A stretch of 63,915 bases of DNA, filler included, from Reclinomonas americana ATCC 50394 (lineage: Eukaryota): assembly GCA_048213135.1 (NCBI GenBank). It is 5 parts of 4 records of this genome, joined end to end, with 100 filler letters (N's around TTAATTAATTAA, not from the genome) between each part and the next. Parts side by side here need not be neighbours in the genome. Positions count along the whole stretch, not along the records: positions 1 to 26,257 come from PS015351.1; 4 more parts are not named here. One strand, 5' to 3'. The position numbers were made by a program, and so were the translations under genes. This document shows positions 12,518-25,460 of this stretch, in pieces. The notes beneath the pieces are model-generated. The model did no database searches. It was not told the origin of the DNA and was given only the letters and a program-made list of their open reading frames with translations. Every line of letters starts with the position of its first letter. The stretch's first letter is position 1.

Positions 12518-13860
12518 TGACCAGGCGTACGATGTTTCAAGTTCCATACCCCTGTTATTGACACTGTGTTCGTCGCGCTGACAGATAGAAAAGTGAGAAG
12601 ATGAGAACAGAAAGAGAAGGCGAGGCAGTCTCTGTTTTCTTGCATTGCTGGTTCTGGCTTGTCAAGAAAAGGACAGTGTGGAGAACAGTTTCCGTCGAGT
12701 CTCTCGCTCTCTCTCTCTCTCTCCATGCAGGAGATGAAAGATGAGAACTCGGGGCAACTGGTCTTGTGTCACTCTCACTCCATTCACTCGCGACAAAGTA
12801 ACACACAAACAACAAAGAATGAACGCACGCAAGACAGCTGCCTGTCACTCTCCTTCGCTTGCAAGCCGAGCAAGACAGGAGAATGAAACCGCACGAGGCA
12901 GGCATTCTCACTCTGAGAAAGAAGTACGCGACACGCGACAAAAGAGTGAACCTCTACCTCTCATGCGGGACCGGCAAAGCGCCAACGACAGCACATCAAA
13001 GCACACGAAGCAGACATTCTCACTCTGAGAAAGAAGCACGAGACCAGTGATGAAAGCATGAACATGTGCGTGCCGGCAACACGCCAATGACAGCACATCA
13101 ACGCAAACAAGGCAAGCATACTTCAGCTGAGAGACAAGCAACAAGCTTCCGACAAAAGAATGAGAAAAGAAGACCACTTGCTTCTCTCTCTCCCTCTCCC
13201 GAGAGACAAGCAACTCTGTGGAGGAAAGGCACCCTTTCTCTCACTCCCTTCCCTCTCTTCCCTCTCGAGACAACTAACCAGCAAATGCAATCGCCACATG
13301 CTCATCAAGCACACAGATCTTGCGCACAGTGCGCGACTCCTGCAGCTTGGCAGTGCTCTTGCGCTCCACAGCCAACACCTTCACACACACACAAACAAGT
13401 AAGGCAAGGGAATTCTCACTCTCACTCACACTCTCTCTTTTCGAGCAATGCTCACCACAACATCAGTGCCGCGCACTCCAACTGCTGTTGAGCCTTTCCG
13501 CACAGCCTCAGAGGCATACTCCACCTACGCGCGCACGCACAAGACAAGTGTTGAGTGGCGAGTGTGTGTGTGTTTTGCGCGCCAACATGACCATCTCTCT
13601 CTGCTCGCCCTCTCAGACACACACGCGCGCTCTTGTGTGCGATGATGCACGCACCTGGAACAAGTGTCCGTCGGGGGAGAAGACTGTCAACGCGCGATCG
13701 TACCTGTGTGTGTGCACAAAGAAGATGAGTGTGATGAATCCTCTCACACACGACAACATGCACAAAGTGACAACATGCAGCATGCGCGCGACATAGAGAG
13801 GCATAGCAAGAGAGAAGAGAGGGGGAGGGGAAGGGGGGCGCGGGCTGTGCACCTGGACAT
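10716..13860 (-). CDS. PSMA7: 20S proteasome subunit alpha type-7 (alpha4)
   Basis: Spliced [63 protein letters not shown]...[39 protein letters not shown]...SAWK-ANAIGR. One part is lost in the gap. Confidence 0.96.
12902..13130. repeat. Degenerate ~110 bp duplication in the long PSMA7 intron
   Basis: cattctcactctgagaaagaag occurs at ~12903 and ~13015; gccaa(c/t)gacagcacatcaa occurs at ~12980 and ~13083. Confidence 0.7.
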
Positions 13861-13951
13861 GTTTGTTGTGAGCCAATTTGAGTGGGTGACAATCTGCACC
13901 GTAGACAATCGACTCGCGCGTTTCCAGAGCGTTTTCTCTTTTCCTTTGCCA
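13861..13951. promoter_or_regulatory. Very short putative bidirectional promoter between PSMA7 and GAS8
   Basis: Divergent ATGs at 13860 (-) and 13952 (+), 91 bp apart, with a CCAAT at 13873-13877. Confidence 0.55.
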
Positions 13952-16405
13952 ATGGTGAGTGACCGTTTTGTTTCTCTCTCTCACACACAGATTCACTGTG
14001 GATGGCTCACTGTTGTTCCTCCTCCTCGTCGTGCACAGTCGGGAAAGAAAGGAAAGAAGGGATCGCGACCGTCATCAGGCGCCGCCAGTGCAGGTAACGC
14101 TTTGTCACTCATATGCGCGCGCACTTTCTGAGTCTTCTCTCTCTTCCGCTGCTTTGTGTTTGTCTTTCTTCTCTCTCCACCTATGGCGCCTCCTTTCCTC
14201 TTCCTCTCCCCTGCATTCATTCACAGTTTTCTTTTCTCGTGCTTTTCTTGTCTCTCATTCATTCTCTCCCTCTCTTCCCACTCCTCCTCCTCCCACCCTC
14301 TTCCTCTTCCCTACGGTCCTCCATCACTTTCCCCTTACTTGCTTTTCTTGTCTCTCACAAGGCCTTCTCTCTCTCTCTCCTTTCAATCCTCCTCTTCACT
14401 CCCTAGATCTCTCCATCTCTTTCTCTCTCCCTTACGTCGCCTCTGCCTTCATTTCCCGTCTCTCACTCCTTCTCTCTCTCAGCTGCTGGCGGAGACGGTG
14501 CCGGCGGCGNNNNNNNNNNNNNNNNNNNNAGGACATGGTGCAAAAGCTGCAGCTGGCGCTGCGTGCGATTGCCGACAAGCTCGCCGACGAGCAACGAGAA
14601 CGCAACTATTTCCAACTGGAGCGCGACAAGGTGACCTCGTTCTGGGAGATCACCAAGCGCGAGAAGGAGGAGATGGCGGCCAAGCTGCGGAGTACAGAGA
14701 GGGCGCTGGAGGAGAGCGAGGAGCGGCATCAGGTCGAGTTGAAGATTTACAAACAAAAGGTGTGTGTCCATTCCTAATCCCTTTCCCTCCGCTGTCTCCC
14801 TTTCCACTGACGCACTCGCACACAGGTGCGCCACCTGCTGTACGAGCACAAGCTGGCGGTGGATCAGATGAAGCTGGACGGCGAGACGGCGTTGAAGCTC
14901 ACCGAGGACGCGCACCGAGCACGTGAGGGCGAACTCAAGCGCGAGAAGCGCGACAGCCGTGTGACAGTCAAGGAGCAGGAGCTGAATCACGAGCGCATGG
15001 TGCGCAAGCAGCGCCAGGATCACGACAAGGCCGTCACCAAGCTGCGAGAGGGTGAGTGAGATAGGCGCCTGGACCGCCTTCACCGTTTGGCTGATTGCGT
15101 GCGTTCGANNNNNNNNNNNNNNNNNNNNNNNNNNNNNNNNNNNNNNNNNNNNNNNNNNNNNNNNNNNNNNNNNNNNNNNNNNNNNNNNNNNNNNNNNNNN
15201 NNNNNNNNNNNNNNNNNNNNNNNNNNNNNNNNNNNNNNNNNNNNNNNNNNNNNNNNNNNNNNNNNNNNNNNNNNNNNNNNNNNNNNNNNNNNNNNNNNNN
15301 NNNNNNNNNNNNNNNNNNNNNNNNNNNNNNNNNNNNNNNNNNNNNNNNNNNNNNNNNNNNNNNNNNNNNNNNNNNNNNNNNNNNNNNNNNNNNNNNNNNN
15401 NNNNNNNNNNNNNNNNNNNNNNNNNNNNNNNNNNNNNNNNNNNNNNNNNNNNNNNNNNNNNNNNNNNNNNNNNNNNNNNNNNNNNNNNNNNNNNNNNNNN
15501 NNNNNNNNNNNNNNNNNNNNNNNNNNNNNNNNNNNNNNNNNNNNNNNNNNNNNNNNNNNNNNNNNNNNNNNNNNNNNNNNNNNNNNNNNNNNNNNNNNNN
15601 NNNNNNNNNNNNNNNNNNNNNNNNNNNNNNNNNNNNNNNNNNNNNNNNNNNNNNNNNNNNNNNNNNNNNNNNNNNNNNNNNNNNNNNNNNNNNNNNNNNN
15701 NNNNNNNNNNNNNNNNNNNNNNNNNNNNNNNNNNNNNNNNNNNNNNNNNNNNNNNNNNNNNNNNNNNNNNNNNNNNNNNNNNNNNNNNNNNNNNNNNNNN
15801 NNNNNNNNNNNNNNNNNNNNNNNNNNNNNNNNNNNNNNNNNNNNNNNNNNNNNNNNNNNNNNNNNNNNNNNNNNNNNNNNNNNNNNNNNNNNNNNNNNNN
15901 NNNNNNNNNNNNNNNNNNNNNNNNNNNNNNNNNNNNNNNNNNNNNNNNNNNNNNNNNNNNNNNNNNNNNNNNNNNNNNNNNNNNNNNNNNNNNNNNNNNN
16001 NNNNNNNNNNNNNNNNNNNNNNNNNNNNNNNNNNNNNNNNNNNNNNNNNNNNNNNNNNNNNNNNNNNNNNNNNNNNNNNNNNNNNNNNNNCGCGAGCGAC
16101 AGAAGAGAGTTGATCGAGAGGAATCACTCACTTTCATGCAGGTGCTGCATGCCGCCAATCTCGATCCGAGTGTGGTCGGTGCCGTGACACAAAAGCTGGA
16201 CGACGTGCTGGAGGAGAAGAATGCCGAAATTGGCGACCTCACCGAGCGCCTGGCGCAAGTCACCAAGGCCCACAACGACGTGATTCGTGTGTACGAGGAG
16301 AAGCTCAGGCAAAGCGGCATCCCCATCGAAGACCTCGGCTTCCGACCGCTCATCGCCCGCAATGTCCAACTGGGCGAGGGTCCGGCCGGCCTGGTCACCG
16401 GATGA
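13952..16405 (+). CDS. GAS8: Growth arrest-specific 8 / dynein regulatory complex subunit 4 (trypanin)
   Basis: M-SGKKGKKG...[22 protein letters not shown]...[22 protein letters not shown]...[29 protein letters not shown]. The middle lies in a gap. Confidence 0.95.
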
Positions 16406-16573
16406 GCACCTTACTTGCCCGCACACATGTACAAGCATCACAAAGAGGGAACAGTGAATGAGCACAAACAGGAAAACACACACACATCGAACCCAGTGTT
16501 TCAATTTCATCATTTGTGGGAACGCGGTGGGAGGGGGAGGGGAGAAGGGGGAAAGAAGTCAGTTAAGAAGCCC

Positions 16574-17641
16574 TCAAGCGTTCATCTGGTACACCTGTGG
16601 AGACGGAGAAGAGTGAGTGAAAGGGAAGGAGAGAGGAGGAAAGTGAGAAAGCGCAACGATCATGTCGGTGATCTCCGAGTAGTCGTACGTCGGCTGCGCG
16701 TAGTTCGGATCGTTGATGTACACGGTCTTGTAGTTGGTCGAGTCGACGCCTGCTCGCATGTATACAGTCAGCAGCAACCAGAGGACGAGCAGAGGACCAC
16801 GACTGCCTCACCAATGACGAGCACAAAGTGGTGATTGTTGCGCACGTGTGCCAGGTACACCTTGCCCGTCAGCAAGCCGTGCAGCACCTCCGCCGGGTCC
16901 GTCGGCTTCTGGTTCTCACCGAGGAACTTGATGTGCGGGTTGATGCGCTCGGGCGAGTCCAGCACCAGGTTGTTGCAGTCGTCTGTGCGGGCAGTGTGAG
17001 AGACATGCAAGTAACGGGTAAAGCAGGCTGTGACGTACTTCCGATGCACTGCGATTACGAGTGAGCACACGACAGTGATGAGAGCAGAGGAGGTGGTGTG
17101 GGGAGAGGGGAAGCACACCTTGTATCCCTTGTTGTTGATCAACCACGTGTTCAGCGTTCCTGCAAGCACACAAGTGAGCAAGATGCAATGATTCCCAGTC
17201 ATCGACATTGAGAGCGTATGAGTTGAGGGAGAAAAAGAACCTGGATTGACCGCGAGCGAGGGAGAGTTCGGCAGAGTGTAGTTCCATCCTTGCAGTCCCA
17301 TGGAGAGCGCAGACATGGCGCATCCCTCTGTGTGTGAGGGAGGCAAAGAGTGAGTGATTGAGTGTGCGTGAGAGAGTCATGACACTCGCGCGCGCACGTG
17401 CCTTGGCAGATCGTGGAGTCGCCACCCATCTTGTTGTTGCCCCACGAGGGATCCTGTTGAGTGAGCGCGTGTGAGTGCGTGTGTGTGAGAGAAGAGTAAG
17501 AAGAGAGCGAGGAGAGAGTGATTGCGCAACGCATTGCTTGTAGATGGGGTACTGGCGCGGGATGATTGGTGAGGCCAGTGCGCAGAGGGCGGCAGAGAGA
17601 GCGAGAGCCGCGAGGAGCGGGAGAAGAACGCGTGGTGCCAT
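16574..17641 (-). CDS. Secreted Peptidase C39-like (papain-fold) protein
   Basis: Signal peptide MAPRVLLPLLAALALSAALCALA, then YKQC-DPSWG...TICQ-EGCAMSALSM...NPG-TLNTWL...HHFVLVIG...YINDPNY, giving the Q..W..GC / H / DP catalytic pattern. Confidence 0.75.
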
Positions 17642-17776
17642 TGCGTGCGATTGGGTTGGACAGGACGATGATGGAAGTTCTGAAGTCTGGATCGCCTCGC
17701 CCGGTGGCTTTGGGCTCTGTGCTGTCTCTACGTTTGGCCTGACCCTTGAGGTTTCCGTTAAGCATCTTCCATTGTA

Positions 17777-18107
17777 CGGCAAGAACCTTCTCTGTGTCCA
17801 CCCTTGTTGCTTCACATGATCCTGCAGCTGGAAAGGCGAGGGTTCAGGATCTTCCCTCGCTTTGACCCGTGCACCCGTCATCTTCGAACCCTTGCATCTC
17901 AGACTCTTGACTCTTGCATTTATGATTCATGACCCTTGCAGGGACGCCAAGGGGGTCAAGGTGTTCTGCGCCCTCACGTTGCACCCGTCATCTTCGAACC
18001 CTTGCATCCCAGACTCTTGACTCTTGCCCGGCAAGAACCTGCCCCGTCCACCCTCGCTCCGTTCACCGTCGACTCTTTCTCCGTCCATCTATGATACATG
18101 ATCCTTG
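17777..18107. repeat. Mosaic direct repeats upstream of the C39-like gene
   Basis: The 47 bp gcacccgtcatcttcgaacccttgcatc(t/c)cagactcttgactcttgc occurs at 17871 and 17981; cggcaagaacct..gtccaccct occurs at 17777 and 18029. Confidence 0.7.
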
Positions 18108-18697
18108 TCGGGTTCCGTTGGACAAACGCCTGCTCTCCACCCTCCCTTGCCCTTTCCAACCTTGCACCATAAAAGGTCAAGGTTGGTTACCTCCCGACCT
18201 GTTCACGTCTCACATCCACAACGCACGCTGGCCACTGTACTGTACAACAGAAAAAATAAACCTCCAGCCTGCCTGGCCACACCTGCTCACCGCTNNNNNN
18301 NNNNNNNNNNNNNNCAGCTCCATCAGTTCGCGCTGCATCTCCTCGTTGCGTGCACCACCATTCTGTGTTGTTGCGATTTAGATAAGGTCTCATTCCCTTT
18401 CTCTTGCACACCAATCGCTTCCACAAGCCCCATTCGCTCTCGCTCTCTCTCTCTCTCTCGCTTCCCCCTGTTTCCCTCTCCCCCACTCGCTCTCCCACTT
18501 TCCTCTTCCCACTTTCCCACTGTCTCTCTTCTTCTTGCTCCCCTCTCTTCCCCCATCGCACCTCTGCAGTGCCGAGAGCATGTCGATCGGCCATGCCAGG
18601 CGTCGCCGCCGACATGCCACCGGACGGAGGCGACATCATGGCGGGCGCTGTGGAGACTCCACACGTCCTCACTGTCATTCATACGGCAAAGTCAGTG

Positions 18698-20536
18698 TCA
18701 ATTCACACAAGAGAATGCATGGACTTCAGCGACGCAACTGTGCATCAATCGTCCGTTCTGGTAGAACAACTGCTCGGTCTGTCCGTCGGGCCACGTGAAA
18801 GTGCCAAAGCCGTGGCGCAGTCCGTCTTGCCAGTAGCCGACATACGTGCCGCCGGTGACCAGTGTCTCCTTGCCAGAGCCCTGACGCAACCCGGCGATGA
18901 ACTGGCGGGAGAAAACGGATCGCAAGCGCGGATTGATGGCGTCGCCATCCTTGCGTGCAATCGCCAGGCTGACGGCCAGGAAATCGGGATCTTCGCCAGC
19001 GGCGCCTGTGACGATCGGGGGTCAAAGAAGGCAAAGAAGAAATTCACGAGGGGAGAAGAAAACGCACCCACACCCCCGGCAGTGCCCCGCGGCAGAGCAT
19101 CGACGGCCACCTGGTGCAACTCCATCGCCGCCATGTGTGTGGCCACGCCACCAACGCCCGTGACACCTACGGCAGAGTGAGACTCTCTCTTCTCGATAAC
19201 ATGGCGAGACTCATGAAGTATGCTCACCGCCTGCACCGGCCAGCGACGACGGACCAGAGGTGGGTGCCGATGGTGCCGGTGGCCGATCGCCAAACACCCA
19301 GCGACCCATACTAATCTCGCCTTCGTACTTGTCGCCGTTCGGCTGCACCACTTGACCCTTGAAGAGACCGTGATGCCACGTGCCGGCCCACACCTCACCG
19401 TTCTTGAGGAGCATGGATCCCTGCTCGAAATCGCATGAGCAATTTGCGCGATTTGGAAAGCAGGAGGGGAGTGTGCACGCAACTTCGGCCTCCCAGATAA
19501 TGTCCTTTTTCCACGCACCGCGGAATGTGTCACCGTCGGAGTTGGTGTATGTGCCCTCGCCCTCCATCCAACCATTTTCCCACTCGCCATAGTACCGTCC
19601 CGTTTCGTACTCACCGTCGCCAGTGCCGTGGCGATTTCTGTGGATGATGGGGAGGTCAGCAACAAAGGCAATATTCGCAGAGGGAGGGAGGGAGAGACAA
19701 ACCCATCGCGCCATGTGCCCTCGTAGATGGTGGTCCCGTCGGCGCGCTTCAGCACGCCCTGTCCGTGCGGCACCTTGATTGTGCACAAAAAGTAACGACG
19801 CTGGTTCTCCTGACCCTCGGGACCGCCGTCCGTCAGGAAAACTGCGACGAGAAGCGAAAGGGTGAGCGATTCAGCTCTCAAACGTTTCGCTGTTGCTCTC
19901 TCTGACGCTCGCTGTTGCTCACTCTGACGCTCGCTGTTGCTAACTCTGACGCTCGCTGTTGCTCACTCTGACGCTCGCTGATGCTCTCTGACGCTCGCTG
20001 CTGCTCACTCTGACGCTCGCTGTTGCTCACTCTGACGCTCGCTGTTGCTCACTCTGACGCTCGCTGTTGCTCACTCTGACGCTCGCTGTTGCTCACTCTG
20101 ACGCTCGCTGTTGCTCACTCTGACGCTCGCTGTTGCTCACTCTGACGCTCACTGTTGCTCACTCTGACGCTCGCTGTTCCTCACTCTGACGCTCGCTGTT
20201 GCTCTCTCTGACGCTCGCTGTTGCTCTCTCTATCGCTCGCTGTTGCTCTCTCTCTCTCTCGCTCTCCTTCTTCATTCTCTGCCCTCCTTTGTCTTTTCCC
20301 CACAACCACACCTTCCGTATCACGTAGCGAGTCCAACCACGTTCCCTCGCGCTCAGAGTCATCAATCAGCGCCGCCGACGACGCACCACCGCTCGTGCCC
20401 GCCGTGGACGGGCGACCCGTCGACGTATCCCACACGTGACGCGCACCGGATTCCCACACTCGCACGCCGCCCTCGTACACCAGGCGTGTTTGGTATTGCC
20501 CGTAGGGATCTGTGGCCAAAGAGTGAGTGCGGGAGA

Positions 20537-20573
<37 letters not shown>

Positions 20574-21407
20574 TGAAGAGGAAGCAAGACATCGACAATC
20601 GTTGAACACACCGATCCGAAGCAAGGAAAAGAGTCGAAGACCGACAAGGTGGAGACAGTACAAGATGAGCAAGTTACACATCAATGACAAGGCGTGAGCA
20701 AAGAGAAGCGCCATTCGCCCACATGATTGGCAAGGAAGAAGGAGGAGCACAGAGGGAGAGAGAGAGAGAAAGAGTGAAGGGAAACAAGTCACGTATCGAT
20801 GACAAAGTGTGAGTGAGACGACGTGCAACAGACGCCCATCGCTCGATTACGTGAGCGCCTGGAGAAACAAAGAGAGAGGATGTGCAAGTCACGCATCGAT
20901 GACCAAACCGTACGCGAAGAGGACGCCCTTCGCTCGAGTGCGTGGACTCCTCGATGCAAGAATAGAAGGCAGAAAGAGAGAAAAGCGAGACAGAGAGAGA
21001 GAGAGAGAGTGACAGAAGAAAGCAATCAAACATCAACGATCGAGGACTAACGTGAACGCACCCATCGACTGAGTACATGCATAGCACGAGAAGAAGATCG
21101 CACACTCTCACAGAGAGAGCGCATCATGAGTGAATTAACGACGACCGTCCACTCTCATCTCCACAAATCCACACTCTCTCCCAACCTCTCTCTCACATTC
21201 CCTCTCCCTCTACATTCCCCTTTCCCTCCACACTCTCCACCCTCTTCTATGCTCACCAGGGATCTTCAGAATGAGCGCCGACGACGAATGATAAAACGGA
21301 TCATTCATCGACACATATCGCGTGTGACAGTGCCCGCGCCACCACACAAACGGCATCTCCGTGTTGGGATAACGCACAGACGTGCGACCGGCACCTCCTC
21401 CGCTCAT
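18698..21407 (-). CDS. MORN-repeat protein (both ends uncertain)
   Basis: Exons encode PHGQGVLKRADGTTIYEGTWRDG, RHGTGDGEYETGRYYGEWENGWMEGEGTYTNSDGDTFRGAW and GGTYVGYWQDGLRHGFGTFTWPDG. Candidate first exon is 21407-21257. Confidence 0.75.
19887..20250. repeat. 22-bp minisatellite (tctgacgctcgctgttgctcac), about 16 copies, intronic
   Basis: Directly visible head-to-tail units with no spacers. Confidence 0.95.
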
Positions 21408-21749
21408 GATTGAATGTTATGTGGCCGAAGTAAGAGTGGACAGATGTGCTCGCAAGGTGTTCCCGCCAGAACAAGGTTGCATGGTGATGCCGAGATCATT
21501 ACAATGGCGTCTGAGGAAGGCGAAGAGCTGGAGAGCAGAATGGCGAATAGCAGCGACCATGAAAGCTTACGGATGGCGTGTGGGACGAGGTTACGTTAGA
21601 GTATCGCAATTTCACGCCGTAACCCTTCACATTACCGGACTTGTGCATTGCCAAAGGTGACTTAATCCCCTCGTCGCTGCCTTCTGCTGCTGTGGTGGCT
21701 TATCTGTTTTGTGGTGTGTGTTTCAGGTTGTCCCCTCACTTGCGACAAG

Positions 21750-22929
21750 ATGAGCCTTGCGTCCAACGGAGATCGTGTGCTTGCGCCCACGGAAGATGAC
21801 ATTCAGCGCTTGATGGCGTGCCAGGTGCACATTGGTGCCAAGAAGTGCGAGTCGCAGATGGCCCGCTACATCTGGAACCAGCGTGCCGACAGTGCGTAGC
21901 TTTGTGAGAGAGAGTGTGTGTGACATGGTGAGCGACATGCACATGACATGTGCGCCTCCCTCCCCCCGTTCCACCACGCAGGCGCCAACATCATCCACCT
22001 CGGCCGCACGTGGGAGAAGCTGATGCTCGCTGCCCGCATCATTGTGTCGATTGAGGTTTGTTTGATGAAGAGAGAAGGGGCGAAGAGCGAGAGTCATGTC
22101 CACTCAACACACGCACACACAGAACCCGGCTGATGTGTGTGCGATTGCCGCCGGCACTTGGGGCCAGCGCGCCGTGCTCAAGTTCTCGCACTACACTGGT
22201 GCCAGCAAGTGCGTCTCACTCCACCCTCTCTTCATTCAGCAATCTCTCATCACTCTTCTCTCTTCAGCTTGGCTGGTCGCTTCACCCCTGGTACCTTCAC
22301 CAACCAGATCCAGAAGCGCTTCGCTGAGCCGCGCCTGATCATTGTGACCAACCCGAAGATGGACCACCAGGCCATTCTCGAGGCGGCCTACATGAACATC
22401 CCGGTCATTGCCTTCTGCGACAGTGACTCGCCGATGGAGTACGTCGATGTGGCCATCCCGTGCAACAACAAGGCCAAGAACTCGGTCGGTATCCTCTACT
22501 GGTTCCTGACCCGCGAGGTCCTCCGCCTGCGCGGCGGTGTCTCCCGCGCCATCCCGTGGGACGTCAAGGTAACGAGATGATGATGAAGAGTCTTCTCCTC
22601 TCTTTGCTTTTGTCTCACAGCAGTGTTGCAGGCCGATCTCTTCTTCTACCGTGATCCGGAAGAGGTGGAGAAGGCTCAGGCTGAGGCCGAGGGTGCCGCC
22701 GCCGCCGCCGGCTTCGAGGAGGTCGACGCTCACGCTCTTGTCGGTTCGTCTTTCTTTACACATCCTCGAAAGGTGATCGTCAACCGTCTGACTTCTCTCT
22801 GTTGACGTAGATGCTAGCGCGTACGCTGGCAGCAGCGACTGGGCTGATGCCTCGAACACCTGGGAGGGCTCTGCTGGCCAGTACCAGGCCCCGGCTGGTT
22901 TCGACACCGCCACCCCGGAGGGCTACTAA
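21750..22929 (+). CDS. RPSA: 40S ribosomal protein SA (uS2)
   Basis: [16 protein letters not shown]...[25 protein letters not shown]...[14 protein letters not shown]...DVAIPCNNK...[10 protein letters not shown] and an acidic Trp-containing tail. Five coding introns plus a probable 5' UTR intron. Confidence 0.97.
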
Positions 22930-23200
22930 ACTCTCCACCCCTTCCTGTTATCCGTTAACCGTCTCTTTGCACGCGGGCGACACCTTTGCTGCTGCACGTT
23001 CTCGACTGATTATCTCTCTGGTTTGCGTGCGCTCGTGAGTGGAGTGGATAAATGACAACCTTGCACGACAAAAACGACAAAGGGGAGGGTCTGGTTTGGG
23101 AAAACATGCCTGATGAGAAGCAGAAGAAGAAGAGAGGAGAGTCCTTGCGTGAAAGCTGTCCTGTCGCGTTTCAATCACTTTTCATTGTGTTGTTGGAGAG

Positions 23201-23525
23201 ATGCCAAAGAAGTCCAAGTCAAAAAAGGAGGAGGAGGTGGTGGAGCAGGAGGATGAACCTGTAGTAGAGGAGGAGAAGAAGAAGAGCAAGAAGCACAAGA
23301 AGAAGGAAAAGGCCGACGACGAGTTGGAGGCCGAAGAGATGTTGGAGAAGCTGAAGAAGGAAGAGGAGGATGCAGAGATGGCGGAGGAGGAGCAGGCAAA
23401 GGAGAGGCCAGACATGACGCCAGAGGAGAAGAAGCTGATGCGGAAGGAGTTTATGAAGAAGCGCGACCAGCTGCGCAAGAGTTGCGTCATCTCCTCCACG
23501 ATCTTGATTGCGTGGCGATGACTGA

Positions 23526-23560
<35 letters not shown>

Positions 23561-24253
23561 AGAGGAGGAGGCTGGAGGCGATCCGGGAGGACGAGGAGGA
23601 AAAGGAGAAGGAAAAGGAAAAGGAGGGCGAGGGCGAGGGCGACAAGGAGGGCGATGAGGATGAGCGGGAGCAGAAACGACGAAAGCGATGTTGCGTCTTG
23701 TCACATACACGTGTGTGCGTGCATGCCGCTCACTGTCGTGTGCCGATGTAGTGGAGGCCTCGGTGCAGTACGTGCTGCAGTGGAAGACCGCACGGGCGTC
23801 GTGGAAGTTCAACAAGTTGCTGCAGGTGCTTTGCTTGCGCCATGTGCACATTCACATCATCGACTCGTCGGGGCGCCCCCGTTGTTTTCTTACTGGCCGA
23901 TTGCGTGCGTGTGAGCAGAAGGAGTTGGTGAAGCATCTGTATGACAAGCATGTGCTGGGCAAGAGCGACTTTGCGGTGGCGCTGGAGTATCTGGCGTCGA
24001 TGCAGGGCGTGGCTCGACAGGTTGTGTGCATGTCGTGTGTGTGCAGAGGTGCTTGGTGCGTGGTGCTGATTGAGAGTGTGGGTGTGCTTGTATCCAGAGG
24101 TTGCTGCAGGATGCATCGGCGGCGGCAGGCCGGTATTCCAAGGCGAAGAAGGAGGGCTCGGACAAGTTGAACAAGGACGATCGGGTCATTGGGAAGAGGG
24201 CCAAGTTGATTGTGTCGTGCTTGTCGGCGCCGGCGGTGTCGGTGGGGCGGTAG
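23201..24253 (+). CDS. WKF-domain (DUF2373, C7orf50-like) nucleolar protein
   Basis: Lys/Glu-rich N-terminus, then QYVLQWKTARASWKFNKLLQ-KELVKHLYDKHVL...FAVALEYLASMQGVARQ-RLLQDA...RAKLI. Confidence 0.8.
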
Positions 24254-25460
24254 TTGAGGGAGTATAGGTTATGCATTCTCCAAACGGGTACTCTGTGGGC
24301 TCTGCTTAGAGGGGAATGGACAGCAGCGGCGGGACGGCTCTCTTCATCAGGTGTTCGAATGAGGCGGCTGCTGATTCAGCCGGAGATATCACGGTTCTCA
24401 TCTCGAGGAGAGGCTCCTGTCCTTGCTGTTTGACTCTCGACAGGTCACCCCACGACTCAGTCGTTGCACCCTGTGACTTTCCTCTCTGCTCTTCACGCAT
24501 CTGTATCCTGCTCGTGAAATACAAGCTTCAGAAAACCAACGTATGCTCGACTTTCGTGCGCCTGTTCTCGCCTTCGTAGTGGCATCTGCAATTATCACTA
24601 CCGTCCAGCTAGTTAGGTCGCATGCGCGTGAAATATTAGTTGGCGGACTTGCAACTTCGCAAATAAGAAGTCCTGTTTCGTCACCCACACACACNNNNNN
24701 NNNNNNNNNNNNNNNNNNNNNNNNNNNNNNNNNNNNNNNNNNNNNNNNNNNNNNNNNNNNNNNNNNNNNNNNNNNNNNNNNNNNNNNNNNNNNNNNNNNN
24801 NNNNNNNNNNNNNNNNNNNNNNNNNNNNNNNNNNNNNNNNNNNNNNNNNNNNNNNNNNNNNNNNNNNNNNNNNNNNNNNNNNNNNNNNNNNNNNNNNNNN
24901 NNNNNNNNNNNNNNNNNNNNNNNNNNNNNNNNNNNNNNNNNNNNNNNNNNNNNNNNNNNNNNNNNNNNNNNNNNNNNNNNNNNNNNNNNNNNNNNNNNNN
25001 NNNNNNNNNNNNNNNNNNNNNNNNNNNNNNNNNNNNNNNNNNNNNNNNNNNNNNNNNNNNNNNNNNNNNNNNNNNNNNNNNNNNNNNNNNNNNNNNNNNN
25101 NNNNNNNNNNNNNNNNNNNNNNNNNNNNNNNNNNNNNNNNNNNNNNNNNNNNNNNNNNNNNNNNNNNNNNNNNNNNNNNNNNNNNNNNNNNNNNNNNNNN
25201 NNNNNNNNNNNNNNNNNNNNNNNNNNNNNNNNNNNNNNNNNNNNNNNNNNNNNNNNNNNNNNNNNNNNNNNNNNNNNNNNNNNNNNNNNNNNNNNNNNNN
25301 NNNNNNNNNNNNNNNNNNNNNNNNNNNNNNNNNNNNNNNNNNNNNNNNNNNNNNNNNNNNNNNNNNNNNNNNNNNNNNNNNNNNNNNNNNNTACTGCAGT
25401 GCCGACTGTGCAAGGAGTGAGGCACGTAAGGAAAGAGACAAAGAGGAGAGGGAGTCAGAC

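Noticed and set aside
13047..13132. C/D-box-like TGATGA...CTGA
   Set aside because: Antisense to the host intron, inside a repeat, with no recognisable guide or terminal stem.
19887..20250. Possible CRISPR array
   Set aside because: No unique spacers, no cas genes, and it lies in a eukaryotic intron.
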